Below, piece by piece: positions 37,456-47,984 of a stretch of 64,000 nucleotides of DNA. Positions within the stretch are counted from its first letter, which is position 1. Every line of letters begins with the position of its first letter. A program made the position numbers and the translations under genes. The notes under the pieces were generated by a model that was given only the letters and a program-made list of their open reading frames with translations, was not told the origin of the DNA and made no database searches. Source of the stretch: Botryllus schlosseri (lineage: Eukaryota); NCBI GenBank assembly GCA_051294905.1, contig CM119379.1, positions 13,330,001 to 13,394,000 of the forward strand. The letters are read 5' to 3'.

Positions 37456-39791
37456 TGATTGATACGACGCATTTGCGTTGCGTTGCGTAGTCTTCAGTGC
37501 AATCATTCAAATTTATCGAAATCAAAATCGTGTTACAGCGATTGATACGACGTTAAATACTCCGAGAGTCACGGAGAACACGGCTCGACTTCGCCGAGCA
37601 CGCCTGTTGCTGTCATGAGTACTAGAAAGGCAGAGAGCGGGGAAGCTTGGTATTTGAGTGCTATATTTATTGAACAGCAACAGCCTCGGTCATCATTAAC
37701 TGCGATAACCGTCATGAATTTCACTATGATTCTAGTGGCACGTCTGCGCCGCGGTTTATCATGTACGAACGAAACTAATCGACCCGCCGCTAATCGTAAC
37801 CTGTGCAGTACTTGAAATACTATATAGCGATGAGCATGATCATGATAATATTTAATTATGTGCAATCATTGAAGTTCGATTCGCAGCACAGTGGGTTTCA
37901 TGTTGTTGTAATATCCAACTTCTGTTTGATGTGTACGGTATATACTATGAAAAGTTTGAAAAGAATTTCCAAAGACTGCAAGATCCATGCAGCAAACCAG
38001 ATGCAGCATCGATGAATGTATTATAGCCTTGGTTTATATAGCTATACATAATTTGAAAGTGTATTATAGGATGTTCCTTTACGGAATGTGAGATTGCTGA
38101 ATTTGTGGCTGAAAACTATTGTTGCACCTATGGTAATGAATATTTGCATCCTGTTGACTGGCATATTTATTATCGTATTCGTTGTAATTTTGTGTTGTGT
38201 CCACAACAACATTATAACCATTGAAACTAGTCGAGGTTTTCGGTGAACATGTCAAAATGTATGGCTTTATTATTAGTTTAATGTTAGGGTATTCTAGGAA
38301 CAATCATTATAGTTAACCCAACTTTAACCTCAGCCTAATTTAATGATACCCCAATGCTAAACCAATTATATACTACATGGATTTTAACATGTTCATGGGG
38401 CAGACGGGTTGTCGCAATGTCGCCGTGCAACATACTTAAAATGCTTACTTATAACTTGCAATATAACGATAACTTATAATTTACATATAGCTTATCTATA
38501 CGATATCTTGAAATCCCTGGTAAGAAATAGTAGTCGCAAAAATTATAGTCGCATTTATAGCTCATTGGATATCTTGCGCGTTCCTTGTCATGTATTATGA
38601 AAGTTTAAAATTGGTGAAAGTAGATAATTATTCCATTTGAATTTTCACTTCTTCTCGGACCTTGAGTTGACATTGATCTTGATATTTCGCCCATTACCTT
38701 CCAATAAGTATATTGCACGGAGACATTATGCCGACATTCACAAAATATATTGCACGGCAATAACATTGCCTACATTACAGCGACATTCACAAAGTAGATG
38801 GGCCCTAGGGAAGACTGATTGCTGATGGTCATGTTGTCATGAATAAGAAAGCACACTATTGACCCTTATTATCAATGGACTCTTAATGCGGATGAGGCAG
38901 GGGCATATATGGGTCTGCGTATACAACATCGCTTCATTTTTAGCAGGAGTCTAAATATGGAACAGGCAATCTTATATAGTACTTTACAACTTCGAAGCAA
39001 CGCATCCCAGTCGTGCATTGTCCATGGATCAAGAAGATGAATCATGTAAGTTGGAGTGATGATTTATGATTGTTCATGTTCATTAATCAGCGATTTATTA
39101 GCCTGAAAAAAGTGTCATAAATGATGCGCAAATAGACTCTGTGACGGTGGTTCCCGTTCAGGATTTCGCCAGTGGTGCTCAAAATTGCTGCATGATATTT
39201 TGATATTGTAACTCTACGACCTGATGTTTCGTTGAATCCAAATGTGCCATAATTCACAGTAACGCTAATCTGGTATACATGATTTCCATAGATATCTCAG
39301 GTTGGCTGCATCACTTCTGTTCTGATTAGTCGGGCTTGGCAAAATCGAGCACCTGAGTGAAGAGTGATTGATTCTGAATCTGGTGTTAAGTGTCAAGTAT
39401 TCGATAATCACTCATTATGATGTTATACTCATAACAGTATTATGGAAAGTTGAAAACGTATCTTTTATGTTTCTACTAAGAACATACAATGATGCAATGC
39501 TAGTTTTACATCACACTAAATTACAGATAATTTGGTATATTTTCGACCGATACCTATTTCATTGTACTTTGTGACTATGCTGTGGGTTAATCATGACTTC
39601 ACAGATATGTCATTTCCACTAAAGTGAATAGCTTTGTACTACGTATTTTGTATGCTACTTCCACATTGGAAAATGGTATCAAAGATATAATTTTATTGGT
39701 AACTGTACTCTTGGTGGCAAAGAGCGTGTAATTTCAGAAGGCCTACTTGAAAAAGTCATCTAGTTGGCTCGAATCAATAGAATTAATGGTG

Positions 39792-40190
39792 ACCAGTGAA
39801 CTCGGCCCATGACGAATTCGGCCTATTGAACTCGGCCTTCGGTGAACTGGGCAGATGATGACTTTGTCAATACAAATTATTATAAATGTCGTGAATCGTA
39901 TTATTAATTGAAGGCAATGGCGAATTGGTGGTGGCGGATATGTCGCATGAATGTTATTCCCACTGGGGGCGGTATCGTATGTCGGATGTATAAAATGTTA
40001 TATTGAACGTACGGAGCTGTATAATGTTGACGAAGAGTGCAGAACGTCAAGGATCAGATCGCACATCGTGAATTAGGTGCATCCCAAGATTAGGGTTGGA
40101 GAGGCTTAGGTTTAGGCCGAGTTCACCTCCGAAGGCCGAGTTTACCGTAGGCTGGGTTCAATGGGCTGAGTTTACTGGTAATCGAATTAA
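39792..40190. mobile_element. Small TIR element with GAACTCGGCC subterminal repeats and TTAGGG-like internal motifs
   Basis: accagtgaactcggccc... inverted against ...gggctgagtttactggt; internal gattagggtt, cttaggtttagg. Confidence 0.6.
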
Positions 40191-40724
40191 TACTCGATTT
40201 AGATTCGAGTACTCATGTGCCAAGCTTGTACTTGTACACCATTGTTTTTGTTTTTTCAACAGGATGTTATGGATACCTGGCTTCAGTTCTTGACAAATGC
40301 CTTCACTAAACCTATTCTAATCATTTAAATTTTCTAGATCGACAATGTCTTCAATTGATGGCAACAACGTCAAGCAGGCTGTACGAAGAATGCCTTCTAG
40401 ACTGGGGCCGAGATCGTTTGGAAGAACTACTATGACCTAGAACAAGCGTTGCTTTTACTCTACAAAATCGGTGCTGCGCCATGCTCGGGAAAAACTCAGA
40501 AAGCAATCGAAGGTAAAAAACGTTGAACAGACTATATAAAAACCAGAGGTGGTCAAAGTAATCATCTTTTGTACTAAGTTGAAGTAATGTCATGAATTTA
40601 TACACACGTAGATGTAACAAGCTACAAGGTGTGTCAAATCTATTTGAAATGGAAGTCGAAAATTAAGTTCTGAAATATTAATTACTTTTAAAAAGTAGAT
40701 TTGGTCGATGTGTTGCATGCGATT

Positions 40725-40965
40725 GCCCGACATATGAGCATGCGACACAATGGAAAACGACAGTTGAGCATGAGCATGGAACAGTTCAGCATGCGTCACT
40801 TCAGTATGTGACTTCATAACCCCAAAACTAACCCTAACCCGAAACATAACACTGAAATTAACCGCTATATATCTCGACCCCAAGCCCTACCCTAACCCAA
40901 GCTTAAATTCAACCCTAACCCGTAATTTAACTCGCATGCTCATGTGTCGCATGCCCGTATGTCCA
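40725..40965. mobile_element. Small TIR element with internal (TAACCC)-like repeats
   Basis: gacatatgagcatgcgacaca inverted against tgtgtcgcatgcccgtatgtc; internal ctaaccctaaccc, ccctaccctaaccc, aaccctaaccc. Confidence 0.6.
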
Positions 40966-41441
40966 CAGACCGTTGCATACTCAATAGTTGGTGGGGTGAT
41001 CAAAGTAATCATTGTTTGCACTTGAGTAGAAGTAGTAGCAACGCTGTTAACATCTACTCCAGTATAATTAGTGGTTCACAAGGCGACAGTGGAGCTTACG
41101 CGTAGTTCGTCAAAGCGAGAAGACATGCATTATCGGCACTTACGATGTACACAATCCTAATGTCATTTGTGGTAATCATGGTTTTTGTCGACTACAATGG
41201 TCATTTACACCACGCCGATAGGCCTATTTCTTATTTTTGATTCCGTAACCGTCGACTTATAGCACGGCACACTCCTGGCCTTTTGTAAGACACCGCTTAT
41301 GCCAGGGGTCGCCAACTCAAAACGGGTCGCGCGCCACTTTCAAATTCCGAGGCCGCTGGCCGCATGAATTCAATATCGAGATAAAATAGGCAACACAGTT
41401 GAACAACCACGCTATCATGTCACCTATACTAACCCCTAATG

Positions 41442-42854
41442 CAGTGGTTCTTAACCTTTTGGGCTTCGCGGACCCCTTTTGACCGTCACGGGTCCTCGCG
41501 GACCCCCTCAAGTTTTAGTTCAATTTTAGATTTATCATGGTGCAACCTTCATCCATCTTGTGCAAATATGAACTGTAGGCTTATGATAAACAGCAAAATA
41601 ATGATTTTTATTGAAAATAACATCATACTATTTATGTGGAAGTTGGTAGATTTTTATTATTCCAAAGCTAATTTTGCTGCTGTATTTCTTGAAGTACGTG
41701 GCCCGGTGGCCGTGTCTTGTAAATCCGCGTTTTCGTTATGACATAAACGAGGAGTGCCGAAAATCATTTCCACAAAGATAGATGGAGGCTAATGGAATAT
41801 TAACGCACAACGCTTCCGACGATACTTATGGTGTGATCGCAACATTTATGACACCAAAATGAAGAAACATATATTTAATGAATGTATCACGTCCAGCATT
41901 TAGCGCAGGGACGGGCAACATACGGCCCGCAGAGAGTTTCTACCGCCAAAGTGAAATCCTAATCTAAACGTATAGACAAATTTTGTGCGCCAAACAATGG
42001 ATCCAAGTTTTCCAACCTGAGAAATAACTTGTTCTGTTCGTTTTACATATATATTTACGATCAAACATTTTCGACCATGAACATTAACAAGACAAGGCTG
42101 CATACCAATAAAACTGGTGATATGAATTTCAGGGTTGGAGCGTAATGCTTTGATAGCAACGAAACACTCCTTGTTCATCAAAAAACCAGCCTTGTCAATA
42201 GGGCATCCGCAGTAAGAATGCACCGAATCTGATAGCCGAACTTTAAGAGCAGGTATATCATTGTCCGATTTATCACGAGTGTCAGCCAAAAATATTCGGG
42301 TTCATTTCAATATGAATATACTATGCAATTGTATATTAAAGTAATGTACCTCCAAGAAGCTGTTCAAATAGTGGTTATGTATATCACAGGATACAATGGA
42401 TTTCGTGGCGAGGTTTCAATCCCTGCATTGGGACAAATTTAAAAAAAAAATCGAAAATATTTATTTTAAACGACTGTTCACTAATTTGATGAGACTGACA
42501 ACTTCAAATTCAGAAGGTTTCTCAGAAATTACGAAGTCACCATGATTGACGTAAATATCTCCATATTTTTATTTTTCCCACAAACCAAAACTGAACGTCT
42601 CTAAACAGCAATATGTTTGTATCAGCAGGTTATTGGAAAATTGGCAAGGAAAATGAATTTCCACACTACGATAGTTCATGTCAGACGATTATTATGATGA
42701 TATGATTCATGAGGTTTTAGCAGTTGTGGTGTGAAACTGCCTCATTCTTTTCTCAAATTAAAAAATAAAATCAGAATTAGTATATCAACCATTTTGAAAT
42801 TTAGAGGTCTCGCGGACCCCTAGGGGTCCGCGGACCCCCGGTTGAGAACCGCTG
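41442..42854. mobile_element. hAT MITE carrying nested fragments
   Basis: CAGTGGTTCTTAACC...GGTTGAGAACCGCTG, perfect 8-bp TSD CCCTAATG. Confidence 0.85.
42100..42345 (-). mobile_element. Penelope-like element fragment (decayed ORF plus inverted terminal-repeat piece)
   Basis: Minus frame KVRLSDSVHSYCGCPIDKAGFLMNKECFVAIKALRSNPEIHIT resembles the region preceding the PDKG motif of Penelope-type RTs. The adjacent gacgagtgtcagccgaaa-type repeat recurs at ~11630-11790 and ~58000-58130. Confidence 0.55.
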
Positions 42855-43358
42855 CCCTAATGAATTGATATCTTGGTAAATTTGGGGTACCGGGCTTATC
42901 GAACGCCTTGAAATCTTCTTTAATATAAGGATTGCACAGTGTGTGATATATAGAATCGAAATTCGAATTCTCGGTAAAGTATTATATAGTTTCGAATACT
43001 GAAAATATATAATACTATACTGAGAATTAGAATTTCGATTCTATATTCGTACACGAAATTTACTTTCACTTACTCGACTCGAATCATTGGAATTAATACT
43101 CAATTCAGATTCAAGTACTAGAATCATTGAGGCCACTGGCCATCCCTAGTAATTCTAGGTGGTCGCTTCCAAACAAAGATGGTCGGAGACTCGGAGTAGT
43201 CGTAGTTAGTACTTGAGTATCAATAGCGATTTACAAGACATCAAACTACCTTTCAAGTATAAGTAGAAAGTGAAGTTCGAAAAAGTAGGCTACTGGGGTG
43301 AGTAGTTTCAAAAAATGGACACAGTCGAAATGTCGAGGCTTATTGTATGTAGTCGTAG

Positions 43359-43853
43359 CAGGGTTATAATGAATCGAGTCATGACTCGACTCGTGTCCCG
43401 ATTTTCTGATGACTTGACTCGAGTCATTTTCGCAAAATTAGGAAATGATTTGACTCTACTCGAGTCAATCTGTATATTGACTCGAGTCATTGCGCATGAT
43501 TCGAACCAAGTCATATGACTCGAGACCAACATTTCATTGCAATTTCGAAGTATAGTAAAGTGACCACACTATTGGGAATTCATCTATTGGTACTTCTTGT
43601 ATTCGAAAATGCGACCAGAAACTGCTAAAAGTGAGGAAATTAGTAGGCTATATTTTGAATGAGAATTGAGAACCATTCGATATCACCAAACACAGTTATA
43701 ACAAGTGGGTTAACAAGGCTTTAACTGGAAACTTGAGCGTCAACACAATGACTTGGACTCGGACTTGACTCGGTGGTGAATTGAAAATGACTCGAATTGC
43801 CTCGAGTCAAAACTATAAAATTGAGATTGACTTGTGACTTGGTTACAACCCTG
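43359..43853 (+). mobile_element. GACTCGAGTC-rich hAT-like MITE
   Basis: CAGGGTTATAA...TTACAACCCTG, perfect 8-bp TSD AGTCGTAG. Confidence 0.88.
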
Positions 43854-44070
43854 AGTCGTAGGTGCATGCTTCTGAACAGAGATGGTCAAAAACGTAGTTG
43901 TTTTCAGCACTCAAGTAGAAGTATTTGTTGTGTCATCAATGGAGTAGAAGTAGTAGTAACGCCATGTATTTCCACTCTGTTACAAGCAGTGATTTACAAG
44001 TCTTGTCCAAACTAATTGATGTGAAAGTATAATTTCTGAAAAGTACCCAAGTATGTACTTTAGATGTTTC

Positions 44071-44563
44071 CAGGGTTGTAGCCAAGTCACAAGTCAATCT
44101 CACTTATATAGTTTTGACTCGAGTCAAGTCTAGTCATTTCCAATTACCCACCGAGTCAAGTCCAAGTTGGCGAGTATAGGGTCGAGTCCGAGTCATGGAG
44201 TTATGACTCAAGTTCAACCATTGCGTTGACTGCTCAGTTTCCAGCTAAATTCTTGTTTAATCCAGTTTTTATAACTCTGTTCGGTGATATCAACGGTTCG
44301 CATTTATAATATATAACATAGGCTACTGATTTTTCTCACCTTTAATAGTTTCTGGTCGCATTTTCAAGTACTGCTACCATTAGACGAAATACCAATAGTG
44401 TGGTTACACTAGTGTGTTATCGGTCTTAGCCGTCCGAGTCTCGATTCATATGACTTGTCCGAGTCATTACATAGATTGACTCGAGTCGAGTCATTTCCGA
44501 ATTTTGAGAAAAAGACTCGAGTCACCAGAAATCGCAACTCGACTCAGTGTAATTACAGTCCTG
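44071..44563 (-). mobile_element. GACTCGAGTC-rich hAT-like MITE (inverted copy)
   Basis: Reverse-complement copy of 43359-43853; TSD GATGTTTC/GGTGTTTC. Confidence 0.85.
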
Positions 44564-47500
44564 GGTGTTTCCACAAGTTGATTTGATTGGCTGACGCATA
44601 CTCTGTATCGCTAGTTCAGAAGCTCTCCACACTCAAATAGACGCAGTAGTCATAGTATCGTCATAAATTTTCACTCAAGTACAAATAGAAGTAGCGATTT
44701 GCAAGACATATTACAATTAATGCAAGTGGAAATATATAGACAAGTTCTGATACATATTTCATGTGCTATGAAGAGTGTATCTACATACAATTTGCTGACA
44801 TTGTTTTTATGTGCTTCAGGCAAAACAAGGACTGAGAAGAAACCTGTCGTTGCAACCAAAGTTTATTGCCAAAGACAAATACGCGCTCGCGCTCTTAACA
44901 TGATGCGGTACAGCCGATGCATCGTTTTACGTCTTGCAATGGTAGCTCCTACTTATGATTGCCTATGTCTGTTTTTAATTGTCTTAGCGGTTGTCCTTTG
45001 TCAAATTCCTTTGACACGTTTCTTTCAAATTTCTCGTATGCACCTCAATTGGAATGTTTGTCATGTTAGTTAGTTAAAACTAGCTGATATTTCCAAAATT
45101 CATGTGACACATTTATTTCATATATTTATAATTTTGTGATCGAATTTTCACTTAATCCTTAACTTTGTTAAATTAAATAATAAGAGTTCTTTAATTAATG
45201 TTTTACTTGAAATTTGCAATTGTCGTTTTCCAGTAACCCAATATAAACAGTTTGTGAGCTTATATGATGTTGGATTCCATGTAGTGGGAGCAGAGCAGGT
45301 ATCGAAGTGGAGGAGGTAATCATAGAGATCATTAAGTATTCCACAGGGAGTCCTGAGGACTTGAACAGGGGCGAATAACACGTCCGCAGTACGTGGACTG
45401 GCGTCCATAGGGAGTGGCGTCAAGTCCACAGTACGTCTGGCGCCTCCATAGGGAACCACGTGACGTCCAGGATAGGTCAGCCGCGTCCATGAGGAGTCGC
45501 TTCATGTCCACAACACGTCATTGCGGACGTACTCAGAGAGCAGACAGGACGTCCCTAGTTGTCGACAAACTCACTCCAGGGAGGTGACGGCCGTAAGTTA
45601 CCGAACGTGCTGCCGGCAATTCCACCGGAAGCTGGACATCGAGTGTTTGCTGGGAGGTGTCTTGGAAACTGTAGGGCCCGTTGGTATGACTCCGTAACAT
45701 GATGTTATTTCGTGACCTCCTATCTGCTATATCACAAAATATCGAATCGCTCAAACGTAGGCTACTAAACTAAAAGACGCACACGATTTCAAATTGGTAT
45801 TTCTTCACTGCATATAATTTTTCCCTGCGCGATGGTATATTTGTCTTGTGAGGTTCTGATTGCCAAGACAGGAACATTCGGCGCCAGTCATTTAGGCGCC
45901 TGTGAACAATTAAACCTATATGTATTTTGTAGATATAACGTAGTTTTCGGTCAGCATAAGGGCAGTACTTTTCGGCCAAGGCTTTCTCGCTGCCGATCGT
46001 TCTGGTACACTTCCCGAGTCGCATGTTACATGGCCTAAAAATTTATATGTCTTGCTAAATCGTGGCGCGGTTATGGCCAACGCCTACATGCTTATTTCTA
46101 TAAGTGTTGCGTATTTTTTCTTGGGGGGAAAGTACCCAAAAATCAAGATATTTGGCAACTTGAAATCGCGTATAGCGCGAAAATATTTTGAAAAAGTTGC
46201 ATAAATTTTCTAAAAAATACTCTATAATATATGTTAATTTACGAAAAAAATGTTCCCTTGGGCTCAAGCTCGCCCCCCAATTGGGGGATTTGGGGTGCGG
46301 CAGTTGCGGTCCTGCACACGGCATGACCATTTATGAGTTGCTAGAAGGTATGCGCCGGGCGAAAAAGTTTTCGTTTATTGCTGTAGTTACTTCATGACTT
46401 GCGGAGAAAGCTGTCACCACTCAAAAGATCACCCACACTCAAGGCCGTAGCCAGAAAACTTTTTTTGTGGGGGAGGGGGGACACCTCATGGGACCGTACA
46501 TCCTTCCATGGGCAATTCCGATTCTTAGACGCACACACACACCCTATTGAAGCTCCCAGTTCCAAGTATAGCTTATATTAGGAGATCGATTGACGGACGA
46601 GCCCAAATCGGTGACATTCAGTGATGAAAAATCGGTGTGAATTTCGGGCCTAGTCGCGCGGAGCGCAAAATTGCTTTGAATAAATGAATGGATTTGATCA
46701 ATCATATCGGTGCATGTATATGAGCAAGTGGTGTCCATTCTGAATAATTACTTAGCTGAAGCAGGGTTGTTTAATAACCTCTGGTAATGATTGACGCTAC
46801 TTTAAAGATTGGAATCGCTTATACATATCAGACAAAATTTTAAAAAATCCTTGGATCAAACTCGTGCGATTTCTAATTAGCACTTTTTAACAACGGGAGG
46901 TGGCGATATTTTCCTGTGCCAGTCGTATTTATGCCTTCGTCTGTCCCGGAACGGAAATTGCCGGAACTAATAGTCCCCCCATACTGAACTGGAACCCCTA
47001 GACTCAATCAACCCAACGACCTCGGGCTATTCAAGTGTATCTACTGGTACTGTTGTATTCTCATAATTGAGAATGCAGCTAAACTGAATTATGATTATTT
47101 TCGGAATTTTTTTTACAGTAAACCGATAAAATCAAGACATCTATGGACTCTAAATCGCGCGAAGCGCGAAGAAAATTTTTAGGTTGCGTTCATCTGCCCC
47201 AAAATACTGTAATATTCATTGATTTTAAAAAAAATTTCAAAAATTTTTTTTTGGGGGGGGGGGCGATCGCCCCTTTCGCCCCTCCCTGGCTACGCCACGT
47301 AGACGGTGTCAAAATGGATGGCATCTTACCAACTTCAGCTCAATGCCTCCAAAACCAAAACTCTCGTGTTTCATACACAAGTGAATCGAAGTGAAACTAT
47401 AGTAAATAACGCACATCTTGATACACATAAAACTGTTAAATATCTTGGCATTATCATTGATGATAAACTCGGCTGGTCTGATCATATCAACAATATAAAA

Positions 47501-47851
47501 ACTAAAATCTCGTGTGGTGTCGGGGCTCTCTATCGCTTTAAAAATTTAATTCTCCATCAAACTATTAGATCAGTCTACTATGCCTTAATTCACTGCTATC
47601 TCATTTATGGGATCCTAGTTTGGGGACCTGCTGCAAAAAACATCTGCAAAAATTGCAAGTCTTGCAAAACCGAGCCATACGAATTCTCTGTCGGAAACTG
47701 TGGTGTTATGATATGCCTGATTGATCATGCGATGGGTTTCCGGATTGTTTTGATGACAGACAAGCATGTGGTCTGGGGGAATACACTTCGAGTCCGACTT
47801 GTAAAAGTATCTGTCTAAGTAGACAGCTAGAAGCTTATTGATAATACTACA

Positions 47852-47886
47852 TGGTGGCAGCGGTGGGATTCGAACCCACGCCATCG
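47852..47886 (-). other. 35-nt DNA copy of the 3' end of mature tRNA-Leu (not a tRNA gene)
   Basis: Minus strand CGATGGCGTGGGTTCGAATCCCACCGCTGCCA-CCA comprises variable-arm end, T-arm, acceptor strand and post-transcriptional CCA. No 5' half is present. Confidence 0.9.
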
Positions 47887-47984
47887 TATCTGTCTAAGTA
47901 TCTGTCTAAGTAGACAGCTAGAAGCTTATTGATAATACTACATGGTGGAAGCGGATAACTTCGAACTAGCCTAATAACTAGATT

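Larger units (their letters stand above)
35147..45654. mobile_element. 10.5-kb CCC-terminal DNA transposon with 2-bp TSD (CMC-EnSpm-like), degenerate and heavily nested
   Basis: TIR CCCAGCAAACAC(c/t)CGAT(a/g)TCC; AG duplicated on both sides. A paralogous empty site at 54960-54961 carries a single AG. Confidence 0.85.
34767..47299. mobile_element. hAT-like non-autonomous unit (~2 kb originally, now 12.5 kb)
   Basis: Ends CAAGGCCGTAGCCAG and CTGGCTACGCCACG; 8-bp TSD TAGACAGT (34759-66) / TAGACGGT (47300-07) at the exact break in the LINE RT frame. A second left-end-like motif lies at 46440. Confidence 0.75.

Noticed and set aside
37870-39400. EnSpm transposase remnants
   Set aside because: Several short exon-like frames were seen, but none had motifs I could recognise with confidence.
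40820-40925. True interstitial telomere or chromosome fusion scar
   Set aside because: Only a few degenerate hexamers inside a TIR-bounded element, with no head-to-head array.
47852-47886. tRNA-Leu gene
   Set aside because: Only the 3' 35 nt are present, they include CCA (not genome-encoded in eukaryotes) and they abut an LTR; this is a cDNA copy of the primer.
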